Below are positions 47,972-57,591 of a stretch of DNA of 64,000 bases, piece after piece (positions within the stretch are counted from its first letter, which is position 1; the number at the start of each line of letters is the position of its first letter). The notes under the pieces are model-generated. The model did not search any database. It had not been told where the DNA came from and saw nothing but the letters and a program-made list of their open reading frames with translations. Made by a program: the position numbers and the translations under genes. Origin of the DNA: Pseudomonadota bacterium (GTDB taxonomy: Bacteria; Myxococcota; JACRCW01; JAFGSX01); assembly GCA_043821645.1 (NCBI GenBank), contig JBDRCO010000003.1, positions 160,001 through 224,000 on the forward strand. The letters run 5' to 3'.

Positions 47972-48145
47972 CACCTTCGTGTTTCGCTTCCCAAGCCCCG
48001 GAGCGGTCGGTACAAAGCCGGCGTGGAGAGTCCTGGCGGGGGAGCTTGCAGAACGTAAAATGGGATGAGGATGTCGGCGCTGCTGGCAGGCCATGGCAAG
48101 AACGCCTGTGCACGCCCGGCGTTCGATGCTGTGAACGGGGTGGTC

Positions 48146-51100
48146 ATGATGCGACATGCATGGATGTGGAGTGCGCTAATCTTGTCCCTGGTCGGCTGTC
48201 CGGAAGAGGCGGTCGTGGTGAAATGCACCACGCACACCGACTGCGATCCCGGCAACTGGTGCAACCACGGCAGCTGCGAGCCGGGCACGGCCTGCAGCAC
48301 CAATGAGGACTGCAGCGGGCAGCAACGCTGCATCAACTCGACCTGCGTGCTTGATTCGCGCGATGCAGGTGTCGTCACCCTCGATGCCAACCTTTCAGAC
48401 AGCGCCGGCGTGGATCAGGCGGCAGGTAGCGACGCACAGCAGCCGACCTGTTTCCTGAGCTTCGACCCGGATCCGCTGGAGTTCGGCGCCGTGCGCGTGG
48501 GCGCCCAGGTGGTTCGCGACGTCGAGGTCCAGAACCCCAGCGAGTCCGTCCTCCAGGTGCTCCAGGCGTCCATCCAGAACAACAGCGCGCTGGGTGAGTT
48601 TGCCATTGATCGCGGCGCCTCATTCACGTCGGGCACCCTCGCGCCGGGCCAGAGTCAGAGCCTGCGCATCACCTACACGCCGGTCGACGCCTTGCCCGAT
48701 ACTGCCCAGCTGCAACTGGTGGCCACGGGTTGTCCGGCCCAGACCCTGTTCGAGGTGGATCTGGTGGCCGAGTTCAAGCAGAGCCCGACCATCGCTGTCA
48801 CCGAGCACGCCGGCGAGGCGCTTCCCCTCGTCACCACCGTCGACTTCGGTGACGTGCGGATGGGGCAATTCACGCAGCGCGACGTCTTCGTGAAGAATGT
48901 GCAGGCCGAGAGCGGCCTCATGATCGAAGGGGTCAACCTGCAGCCCAGCAGCGGCCACGGCTTCACGGTGGCCACGGACCTCCCGATCCCGGCGACGCTG
49001 TCACAGTGGATCACCAGCTGTGTCGACGACACGGGATGCAACCAGGCCGCCGGCGAGTCCTGTGGCGACGACGCCTGCCAGAGCAGCACCGGGCACTGGA
49101 TAGACCAGCTCCTGATCACCGTGCAGCTTCAACCTCCGGCCCTGGGCAGCACCACGGCGCAGCTCCGCATCCGCAACAGCGACGTGAGCAATACGCCCAT
49201 CGTCATCACACTTCTCGGCAACGGCATCCCGGCGCACGACTGCCCGGGACGGGGTCACGCCACCAGCGCCTGGGATGACCAGCGGGGCATCTGCGTATGG
49301 ACCTGCGAGCCCGGCTGGTTTGACCTCAATGGCGACCTCAACCAGAGCGTCAACAGCGACGGTTGCGACTACGAGTGCACCTTTCAGCAGGGCGTTTACG
49401 ACGAGCCCGATCTCCTGGGTATCGACGCCAACTGCGACGGGATGGACGGTGTGGTCGAGGACGGTTGGTTCGTGGCCGCCTCGGCCGCGCCCTGCACAGG
49501 CCTGGGATGTGGGACCCGGGAGCGTCCGTTCAACAACCTGCTCACGGGCATCAACGCCGCGGCCACCGACGCCAGCCGTACCCGCGTGCACATCTCCGAC
49601 GAGGTCTACGCTCTTGCCAATACCCTGGTCATCCCCGAGGGCGTCAAGCTGTACGGTGGCTATCGCGTGTACGGCATCACCGCGAGTCTGCAGTGGCGTC
49701 AGCGCACAGGTGTCACCACGATCCAGGGTGCCGCCAGGGCCCTCGAGGCACGCGACATCACCGAGCCCACCTTGTTGCAGCTCATCGACGTGCGCAGCGC
49801 CGCGGGCACGGTCAGCAGCCCCAGCTCCATCGCCCTGCATGCGGTAGATGCCCCAGGCCTGATGCTCGAGGGCATGACCTTGCGCGCGGGCAACGGGCTC
49901 GACGGTGCGGCGGGGACAGACGGCACGGCGGGCGCCAGTGGCCAGGATGGTCAGCCAGGCAAGCCCGGCTGCACCTGGGGATCAGGCTGGGCCAACTGCC
50001 GCGAGGGTGGGCGCGGTGGCCCGGCGGTTTGCAGCGGTGGCCGGGGTGGCGCCGGCGGCAACGGCGGGTTCCATTCCTGGGCGGTCAACGATGTGCAGAC
50101 CATCGCGACGGGCAACAACGGGGTCCTGGACGCCAGCAGCAACAGCTTCACGTCGAGCAGCGCGCCCTTCACCGAGGACTACACGGGTTACCTCCTGCGC
50201 ATCACCGGTGCCAGCAACGAGAACAACAACGGACGACACACCATCACCTCGACCACCAACACCACGACGGTGCTTCTCGGCAACGCGGTTGGGCTGAGCA
50301 ACGAGACCAACCTGGCGTGGACCCTCATCCTTCAACGCGGTGCGCTCACCGGCGAGAGCAACAGCGCGGGGCAGACCGGTGGGGCCGGTGGGGGACGCGC
50401 CGGAGGGCAACTTTCGCCGACCTTCTCCATCTGCGAGGGAGCGGTTGGCGGAGTGGGAACCACGGGACGTCGCGGCAATCCCGGCAGCGGCGGAACGGCT
50501 CAAGCCTCGGGCATCGTTGCAGACAGCTGGTCCCTGGGCTCTGGGAGCGACGCCAGCGACGGGGCGACGGATTCCGCGGGGGGCAGCGGTGGCGGTGGCG
50601 GTGGTGGTGGCGACTGCGAGCCCAACTGTCTTCTTTGGCTCGAACCCTGGCATGTGTGCCTCATCGAGATCAGCTCGCGCTGCAATGCCGACACGCGCTG
50701 TGGCGACACGAGCTGGGGTGGTGGCGGCGGTGGTGGAGGATCCGCCGGGTGTGCCGGAACCAGGGGTACTGGAGGCAAGGCCGGTGGTGCTTCCATCGGC
50801 ATCCTGGCCATTCGCTCGCCCCTCCAGATCCTTGGCGGCAGCATCACGGCGGCAGATGGCGGCGTCGGCGGTGCTGGCGGCAATGGTGGCGCAGGCGGAA
50901 CGGGCGGACTCGGCAAGACCGGCGGCACACCCGTGGTCAACAGTGGCTCTGGTGGACTCGGTGGCGACGGCGGGCGCGGTGGCTGGGGCGGCGGCGGGGC
51001 GGGCGGCGCGGGCGGCGACAGCCTGGGCATCGTCTACACCGGCGACGCGCCAGTGCAATCTGGAGGCGTGTCCATCACCGCGGGCAGCGCAGGCTCGGGC

Positions 51101-51214
51101 GGCAGCGGCGGCAACGGGGCCGATCCTGGCTTCTGCAACCGCACGAACAGCAGCCTGTGCGGTCATGGGCAGGCCGGTGGCGATGGTCGCGCGGAGAGTT
51201 CTCTGCAACTGTGA
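48146..51214 (+). CDS. Secreted Gly-rich lipoprotein paralog 1 (Ig-like choice-of-anchor D/ASH domains, MopE-like motif, DUF1565-like region, PGRS-like C-terminus)
   Basis: Lipobox LVGC; 'LEFGAV', 'VDFGDV'; 'DANCDGMDG'; 'GTRERPFNNL'; GGxGGxGG tracts. Confidence 0.8.
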   Translation: MMRHAWMWSALILSLVGCPEEAVVVKCTTHTDCDPGNWCNHGSCEPGTACSTNEDCSGQQRCINSTCVLDSRDAGVVTLDANLSDSAGVDQAAGSDAQQPTCFLSFDPDPLEFGAVRVGAQVVRDVEVQNPSESVLQVLQASIQNNSALGEFAIDRGASFTSGTLAPGQSQSLRITYTPVDALPDTAQLQLVATGCPAQTLFEVDLVAEFKQSPTIAVTEHAGEALPLVTTVDFGDVRMGQFTQRDVFVKNVQAESGLMIEGVNLQPSSGHGFTVATDLPIPATLSQWITSCVDDTGCNQAAGESCGDDACQSSTGHWIDQLLITVQLQPPALGSTTAQLRIRNSDVSNTPIVITLLGNGIPAHDCPGRGHATSAWDDQRGICVWTCEPGWFDLNGDLNQSVNSDGCDYECTFQQGVYDEPDLLGIDANCDGMDGVVEDGWFVAASAAPCTGLGCGTRERPFNNLLTGINAAATDASRTRVHISDEVYALANTLVIPEGVKLYGGYRVYGITASLQWRQRTGVTTIQGAARALEARDITEPTLLQLIDVRSAAGTVSSPSSIALHAVDAPGLMLEGMTLRAGNGLDGAAGTDGTAGASGQDGQPGKPGCTWGSGWANCREGGRGGPAVCSGGRGGAGGNGGFHSWAVNDVQTIATGNNGVLDASSNSFTSSSAPFTEDYTGYLLRITGASNENNNGRHTITSTTNTTTVLLGNAVGLSNETNLAWTLILQRGALTGESNSAGQTGGAGGGRAGGQLSPTFSICEGAVGGVGTTGRRGNPGSGGTAQASGIVADSWSLGSGSDASDGATDSAGGSGGGGGGGGDCEPNCLLWLEPWHVCLIEISSRCNADTRCGDTSWGGGGGGGGSAGCAGTRGTGGKAGGASIGILAIRSPLQILGGSITAADGGVGGAGGNGGAGGTGGLGKTGGTPVVNSGSGGLGGDGGRGGWGGGGAGGAGGDSLGIVYTGDAPVQSGGVSITAGSAGSGGSGGNGADPGFCNRTNSSLCGHGQAGGDGRAESSLQL

Positions 51215-51393
51215 CGACCCGGCTCGACGCCTCGACCCGCGGCGCCTGGTGCAGGCCCGCTGACGACCAGCAACCTGAAGGCGCGGTTCATCCAGCACAA
51301 CCCCTCGCGTCCTGGGCCGGTGCGGCACAGCCGCGCATGGGTTATGATCCAGACGGGCGCTTGCTGGCGCCTCGCCATGTTCAGGAGTGAATC

Positions 51394-54360
51394 ATGTCCA
51401 AGCGTCTTTCTTGCGGTATCCTGGTCCTGAGCTGTGCCTTGCTGGCCTGTCCGGTCGAGCCTACCGGCCTCGATGCGTCGGTGGCCAGGGACGCCAGCGT
51501 CGGCATAGACCGCGCCACCGGACACGACGCTACCACCACCGACAGCGGGCGCGACGCCGCGATGCAGGACCTGGCGCGATCCGACGCCACGACGTCGAGT
51601 TGCGGGATCTCGTTCGAACCCAACCCGGCGACCTTCGACGCCACGCGCCTGAGTCTGCGGGTCGATCAGCTGATCAACCTCGTCAACAACTCGGACACCG
51701 ACGTGTCCGTGACCTCGGTCAGCATCGTCAACAACTCGACAGCCAACGAGTTCGCCATCGCTGCGGACAGTCCCTTCACCGCTGGCATCATTCCCTCCGG
51801 CAGCATTGGCAACAGCCGCGGGGTCAAGGTCAGCTACACGCCCCGCGACGCCCTGGCCGACACCTCGGATCTGCAGGTCGTGACCACCTGTCCGGGCCAC
51901 CCGATCTTCACGGTGGAGCTGAATGGCCAGTTCGTGGCTTCTCCGACCATCGTCGTCACCGACTATGCAGACGTCGACACTCCCATGGTCAGCAGCGTGG
52001 ACTTCGGCGACGTGCGGCAATCCTCTTATTCGGAGGTTCAGCTCTTCATCAAGAATATCACCGCAGGCTCCGCTCTCACTGTGCAGGGCGCGGCGCTCAA
52101 CCCGACCACCGGGACGCCATTCACGTCGAGTACCGACCGCTCGCTGCCTTACACCCTGTCGCAGTGGGACTCCTTTTGCGCCGGCACCCATGAGTGCGAC
52201 ACCGGTCGCCAGGAAGTCTGCGTGGGCAACGCATGCCAGAGTTCGGCCGGCTTCTACCTCGACCAGGTCGTGGTCACGGTCCGTTTCACTCCGACCACGG
52301 TCGGCGAGCAGTGGGTCAACCTGCGCATTCACAGCGACGATGCCGTGACGGCAGTGCACACCATTGCCATTCGCGGAAATGGTGTGCCCACCACCGACTG
52401 TCCGGCGCGTTTTCACGCACCGGGAGCCTGGAACCCCTCGACCCTTGTCTGCGTCTATACCTGCGAGAGCGGCTGGGTGGACCTCAATGGCGACCTCAAC
52501 GCCCTCAACAACTCCAATGGCTGCGAGACCCAGTGCACGGCGGGGTCGTCGGATGATGTCCCGGACCTCAACGGCTTGGATAGCAATTGCGACGGCATGG
52601 ACGGTGATCCCACCAAGGGATTCTTTGTCTCCTTGACCGCACCGGCTGGTGGCACCGGGAGCCAGTCCCTGCCCTTCAACAGCCTGCAGGCGGGCCTCAC
52701 GGCGGCATCCACGGATCTGGTGAAGAAGAACCTCTACCTGGCTGACGAGACCTATACCAGCACCAGCACCGTCGTCATTCCGCCCGGGATCAAGGTGTAC
52801 GGGGGCTACGTGGTGCAGGGGCAGCCCGACGGGCAGAAGTGGCGCACCCGCACCGGCATCACCAGCATCAGCGGCCCCAGCACCGCAGTTAGCGTGACCG
52901 GCGCCTCGGCGCAGACCGTGTTGCAGAAGATCGTGGTGCGCGCCACTAACGGCACCGGCGCCAGCGTGCACTCCATCGCGCTCAAGGCGGTCAACTCACC
53001 CGGGCTCGAGCTCGAGGCGGTGACCCTGCAGGCGGGCAATGGCGTACCCGGGGCCGCGGGGAGCAACGGCAATGCCGGCGCAGGTGGCAACCCGGGAACC
53101 GCGGGCAAGGCAGGCTGCCAGTGGAACGGTCCGTTCGTCAATTGCAAGGACGGTGGTCGTGGCGGCGCGGCTGCGGCCTGTGCGGCCACCTCGCCCGGTG
53201 CCCACGGAGGGCAGGGCGGCTATCTCAACGCCACGGTCAACCAGACCATCGTCCGCGGCACCTGGTATGACGGTGTGACCGTTGCTTCGGGTCAGTACCT
53301 TGACTCAGCCACCGCCCATTTCTTCCGCGATGACGACGGGGACTTTGCTGTCGACGACATCACGGGCTACGTCATCGAGATCACCAACTCGAACAACTTC
53401 ACCAACCAGGGTCGCTTCACCATCACCGAGCTGGTCTCGGATCAGCGGGTGAAGCTGGGGAATGCCAGTGGCCTGGTCAGCGAGACCAACCTCACCTTCA
53501 AGCTCATCACCCAGTACGGCGCCCTGGATGGGGACGACAACACCGTGGGTGCCCAGGGTGGCAGCGGTGGCGACCGCGCGGGCTCAGCCCTCTATGCCTC
53601 ATGCTATGGCCAGGCCGGCTTCGCTGGCGTCGACGGACAGCATGGCAATCCGGGAGCGGGTGGTGCGGTGAGGGCCACGCGCATCGTGGGCACGGATCTT
53701 CTCACCGGGGATGCCTTTGACGGTGAGGACGGCGTCGGGGACGCGGCAGGTGGCACGGCCGGTGGTGGTGGCGGCGGGGGCGACTGTGGCTATGGCAACG
53801 CGAGCTGCGTGGCCGCGCCCAACTGCGGTTTCAATAGCTGGGGCGGCGGTGGCGGCGCTGGCGGCTCCGCGGGATGTCCTGGCCAGAAGGGCGCTGCCGG
53901 TACTGGCGGCGGCTCGTCCATAGGCATTCTGGCCATCAATTCTCCGCTCGACGTCATCGGCTGCACCATCACGACGGGCAACGCTGGCGACGGAGGGGCG
54001 GGAGGCAACGGCGGCGCGGGCGGCACGGGCGGAAGTTCTGGCGCCCCAGGGGCAGGGGCCGGTGCCGGGCTCTCGCTGGTTCCCACGTCTGGCGCAGGTG
54101 GTCAGGGCGGCCAGGGCGGACGTGGTGGTTTTGGTGGTGGCGGCGGCGGCGGCGCGGGAGGCGATACCATTGGCATCGCCTATTCTGGCGGCGCACCGGT
54201 GCAGAGTGGCGTCAACACCATCACCACGGGCACCGCCGGAAACGGTGGCTCGGGCGGCACAGGAGCCACCACGGGCTTCTGCAATCGCGCCAACAGCAGC
54301 GAGTGTGGCGACGGCCAGGATGGCTCCGACGGGAGAGACCAGTCCGTGCAGCAGCTTTGA
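51394..54360 (+). CDS. Secreted Gly-rich lipoprotein paralog 2
   Basis: AGGAG RBS; lipobox LLAC; same domain order as paralog 1; 'DSNCDGMDG', 'GSQSLPFNSL'. Confidence 0.8.
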   Translation: MSKRLSCGILVLSCALLACPVEPTGLDASVARDASVGIDRATGHDATTTDSGRDAAMQDLARSDATTSSCGISFEPNPATFDATRLSLRVDQLINLVNNSDTDVSVTSVSIVNNSTANEFAIAADSPFTAGIIPSGSIGNSRGVKVSYTPRDALADTSDLQVVTTCPGHPIFTVELNGQFVASPTIVVTDYADVDTPMVSSVDFGDVRQSSYSEVQLFIKNITAGSALTVQGAALNPTTGTPFTSSTDRSLPYTLSQWDSFCAGTHECDTGRQEVCVGNACQSSAGFYLDQVVVTVRFTPTTVGEQWVNLRIHSDDAVTAVHTIAIRGNGVPTTDCPARFHAPGAWNPSTLVCVYTCESGWVDLNGDLNALNNSNGCETQCTAGSSDDVPDLNGLDSNCDGMDGDPTKGFFVSLTAPAGGTGSQSLPFNSLQAGLTAASTDLVKKNLYLADETYTSTSTVVIPPGIKVYGGYVVQGQPDGQKWRTRTGITSISGPSTAVSVTGASAQTVLQKIVVRATNGTGASVHSIALKAVNSPGLELEAVTLQAGNGVPGAAGSNGNAGAGGNPGTAGKAGCQWNGPFVNCKDGGRGGAAAACAATSPGAHGGQGGYLNATVNQTIVRGTWYDGVTVASGQYLDSATAHFFRDDDGDFAVDDITGYVIEITNSNNFTNQGRFTITELVSDQRVKLGNASGLVSETNLTFKLITQYGALDGDDNTVGAQGGSGGDRAGSALYASCYGQAGFAGVDGQHGNPGAGGAVRATRIVGTDLLTGDAFDGEDGVGDAAGGTAGGGGGGGDCGYGNASCVAAPNCGFNSWGGGGGAGGSAGCPGQKGAAGTGGGSSIGILAINSPLDVIGCTITTGNAGDGGAGGNGGAGGTGGSSGAPGAGAGAGLSLVPTSGAGGQGGQGGRGGFGGGGGGGAGGDTIGIAYSGGAPVQSGVNTITTGTAGNGGSGGTGATTGFCNRANSSECGDGQDGSDGRDQSVQQL

Positions 54361-54470
54361 TGAAGACCGGGCGGGACCCGACCACGCACGACCGGCCGAC
54401 CCCTGTTGTGCGTACCCCTTGCTGAGCCAGGTGATGTGATCTGGGAGTCCGTCATTCGCCGGGGACCCTC

Positions 54471-55436
54471 ATGAACCTGAACTGCGCGCGTTGCGGTGCT
54501 CACCTCGAGCTGGCTCCGGATCACAGCCTCGCCACCTGCCCCTACTGCGGCGCCACCGAGCTGTTCGAGCGTGAACCCACCCCTGTGATCGCGACCCCCG
54601 GATCCGAATCCGATCCCGAGCCAGGGCCCGAGCCCTCCGGTGCGGCCGTGACGACCGCCAAGGTCATTGTCATCATCCTGGGCGTGATGGTGGTCGCGTC
54701 CCTGCTGGGTGCTGTCGTCGCGGTGGGGCTTCGGGTCAAGGACTGCGTGAACGACTGGAAGGACGCGCCTGCTGTCGCCCAGGTCGCCCCCCCGGCAAAG
54801 CCTGAGGTCGCGAGACCCATCAAGGTGCCTGAGCGTGTCGTGGCGCGCAATATCGCTGAGCAGATCTTGGAGCCCGAGTTGCTGGCTTGCATGAGGCATA
54901 ACAAGGTGCACCGGCTCTGGATCACCATCGGCTATCCGCGCAAGTACGCGGACCCTGCGACCTTCCCGCCGCTGGAGGTCCTCAGTCAGAAGGTGGACTA
55001 CCGTGAAGTCCGTGACTTCAAGGCGACGCCTCTGGGGCTCTGTGTGCAAAAGGCCGTGGATCAGATCTGGACCAATGCGGGCCCCAGTGGATCCAAACTG
55101 GCCTACATGCTGGTCAATCCCGACGTGCCGGACCCGCTTGCCGGCAAGCCGGAATACCTGAACGAGGTCAAGACCCAGAAGGCTCTGGCCGAGTTTGACG
55201 AGAATGCCAGGGACTGTGCACGACGCCAGCTGCCGGGCTGGATGCCGGGCACCGATTCCACCTACGTCATCGTCACCTTCCGCGGTGTCGACGGTCAGGC
55301 CGTGCAGGTCAGACCCTGGAGCCAGGTTGCACAGACAGCGTATGCCAGGTGCCTGGAGGAAGCCTATCTGCCGGCCAAGACGCATCCGTTCAAGGCAAAC
55401 ATGGACCAGTCTGTGGGCCACGATCTTCGCCTGTGA
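54471..55436 (+). CDS. Zn-ribbon / TM / two Cys-paired TonB-C (AgmX/PglI-C)-like domains
   Basis: 'CARCG..CPYCG', Pro/Glu linker, TM helix, then 'ELLAC...LGLCV' and 'ARDCA...YARCL' repeats. Confidence 0.6.
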   Translation: MNLNCARCGAHLELAPDHSLATCPYCGATELFEREPTPVIATPGSESDPEPGPEPSGAAVTTAKVIVIILGVMVVASLLGAVVAVGLRVKDCVNDWKDAPAVAQVAPPAKPEVARPIKVPERVVARNIAEQILEPELLACMRHNKVHRLWITIGYPRKYADPATFPPLEVLSQKVDYREVRDFKATPLGLCVQKAVDQIWTNAGPSGSKLAYMLVNPDVPDPLAGKPEYLNEVKTQKALAEFDENARDCARRQLPGWMPGTDSTYVIVTFRGVDGQAVQVRPWSQVAQTAYARCLEEAYLPAKTHPFKANMDQSVGHDLRL

Positions 55437-55475
55437 GCAGGGAACCTGATTCCAAATCGTTTGATGGGTCTGCTC
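55435..55475. terminator. Imperfect hairpin between convergent genes
   Basis: GAGCAG...CTGCTC outer stem, inner CAAA-TCG-TTTG; no U-tract. Confidence 0.3.
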
Positions 55476-55489
55476 GTGCGGCCGAACAA

Positions 55490-57448
55490 CTACGGACACC
55501 GCGACGTGTAGCGAAAGGTCACGACCTGACCTGGCAGGGGCACGCCGCCAGGGGCAAAGGTCACGCTGTGGCTCCCGCTGTCATACGCGAAGTCCACGCC
55601 AAAGGTCTTCAGGACACCGTCGACCCTGACCTCGGGGGTGGCCTGCGCTGCCGACGACAGGAAGAAGGTGGCGCGCTGCCCTGCTCCGAGCCTCACCAGC
55701 TCGCGCAGCAGGGGTGTCCAGTCCGCGGCGCAGATCGAGGCGCGCACGCCGCTCGCCTGGTCCATGAGAGCCAGAAAGCGTGTGCCAGGATCCGTGGCGC
55801 TGGCGCAGCTGTCGCCCTCGAGAGTGACCAGGGCGCCGACGCTGATCGCGTTGTTGCCGAGGTGTCCCTTGAGCCCGCGTAAAAAGGTCAGGGTGTCCTC
55901 GACTGAAATGTTGCTCTGCTCCTCCTCGTTGCTCAGGTAGAGCACGGCCAGCAGGGCCTCGGGGCGCAGGAACCCCGCATTTCGCGTCGCGCTGAGGGGC
56001 AAGCTGAGCGCTGCCACCGTGGCGTCGAAGCCGCGCTCGGTGCCGCTGCCCGAGGAGCCTGGCGTCACCGCAGCCGTGAGTCGCGCCGTGGGGTTTGGTA
56101 ACGAACTCGGTGTGATGACAGGGAAGGTCTCGCTCAGCGGGATGAAGCGCCCGTGCACACCCGTCTCCATGTCCGTGGTGGTCACGCCGATGTGGTAGCT
56201 GACGCCGAGCCACTCGAGTTCGTTGATGAGGGCGCTCATGTCTCGCGCCAGCTGGGCCTGGGCCGGGTCCATGGACCCGCTGTCATCGACGACGATGAAC
56301 AGATCCACGGGATCATTGCCGCCCTGCAGGTAGCTGTCCTCGATCTGGTCCGCGACCTCCGCGATCAGCTCCACCTGGCCAGCAATGTGTGCGCCCCCTT
56401 CGAGCGTGGCGCTCAACCTGGCCGTGGCCATCCCTGCGGCGTCCAGCTGCACCTTGAGCTGCACGGGCATGACCGATCCTGCGCCGACGTCGAAGGGCGC
56501 ACTGGTCTCGACCGTGAAGGCGGGGTTGCCGGTGAGGGTCAGGCTCGCCACGCGATGAAGCGTCTGGCAGGCATTGACCACCAGCACCTGCTGGCTGGCC
56601 TGGCACTGCATTGGCAGGGAACCGAAATCGACCAGGCCCGTACTGAATTCGATGCAGGTTCCCGGGGGCGTTGCGATGGCCGTCGCCGTCACCAGGAAGG
56701 TGAGCGATCCGCCGCTGGTCCCACCCAGCCTGGCGGTGACGGTCGCGCTCAGCGAACCCGGAGCGGTCGGCGCATAGAGCAGGCGGAGGGTCTCGACCTG
56801 GCCGCTTCCGAGGAGGGGCTGAACAACCACGGGTAGCGCCGCGGGTTCGAGCACGGTGAGGGCCGCACCCGCGGGTGCGATCTGGATCTCGGTGAGCACG
56901 CAGGGACCGCTTCCCTGATCGATCATGCCGACGCTGGCCGAGGCGGTGGAGCCGACCAGGACCGTGCCAAGCTCGATGGTGCTCTGCGAGAGCTGGGCGC
57001 TGCACAGGCTGGTGTCGACGTCGCCACCCACCAGGGCGTCGGTTGCGCTGGTGGTGTCCGCCGTGGTCGCGTCTGCGGGTCCCGGGACGTCGCTGGCCAC
57101 CGTGGAGTCCGCAGTGGCCAGGTCGGGACCCGTGGTCAGATCCGGGTGCTGCGTGGTGTCTGGCCGCGACGCATCCGGAGTGACCTGGGTATCCATGCTG
57201 GCCTGATCCCGCGCCGCTCTGTCGCTTGCGGCCGCGTCCAGCGTCAGGGCGTCGCCACTCCCAGCGTCGTGGACCTGCTGAGCGCACACACCCAGGAGGC
57301 AGCGAAGCCCTGCCAGGCAGTCCGCGCTGGAGAGGCAGGACTCACCCGCGGGTTTACCGCCTGTCGGCGCGCGTTCAACACAGGATGCACATCCCGAGGA
57401 GAACGCCACCCACAGCAGGAAAAAATAAAGCGCAGAACCACGTTTCAT
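55490..57448 (-). CDS. VWA-domain lipoprotein with Cys-rich knot, Asp stalk and two Ig-like domains
   Basis: Lipobox SSGC; MIDAS 'VVDDSGSM'; 'YHIGVTTTD', 'GSGTERG', 'GFLRPEALLAVLYLSNEEEQS'. Confidence 0.85.
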   Translation of the reverse strand: MKRGSALYFFLLWVAFSSGCASCVERAPTGGKPAGESCLSSADCLAGLRCLLGVCAQQVHDAGSGDALTLDAAASDRAARDQASMDTQVTPDASRPDTTQHPDLTTGPDLATADSTVASDVPGPADATTADTTSATDALVGGDVDTSLCSAQLSQSTIELGTVLVGSTASASVGMIDQGSGPCVLTEIQIAPAGAALTVLEPAALPVVVQPLLGSGQVETLRLLYAPTAPGSLSATVTARLGGTSGGSLTFLVTATAIATPPGTCIEFSTGLVDFGSLPMQCQASQQVLVVNACQTLHRVASLTLTGNPAFTVETSAPFDVGAGSVMPVQLKVQLDAAGMATARLSATLEGGAHIAGQVELIAEVADQIEDSYLQGGNDPVDLFIVVDDSGSMDPAQAQLARDMSALINELEWLGVSYHIGVTTTDMETGVHGRFIPLSETFPVITPSSLPNPTARLTAAVTPGSSGSGTERGFDATVAALSLPLSATRNAGFLRPEALLAVLYLSNEEEQSNISVEDTLTFLRGLKGHLGNNAISVGALVTLEGDSCASATDPGTRFLALMDQASGVRASICAADWTPLLRELVRLGAGQRATFFLSSAAQATPEVRVDGVLKTFGVDFAYDSGSHSVTFAPGGVPLPGQVVTFRYTSRCP

Positions 57449-57591
57449 CGTGTTCTCCCATCGTGACGCACCGCACCAGAAGCCAGTTGCGATCTGCCCG
57501 CTAGCTGGCGAGGGTGCGACCTGTCTTGTACCATGAAAGAGATGGCTCCGCGCGTCGGGCCATGCCGGGTCAGGCGACTCCGGGAGGGTGC

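Noticed and set aside
48033-48050. CTGGCGGGGGAGCTTGCA, sigma54-like sequence upstream of paralog 1
   Set aside because: GG-to-GC spacing is 11 nt rather than the required 10
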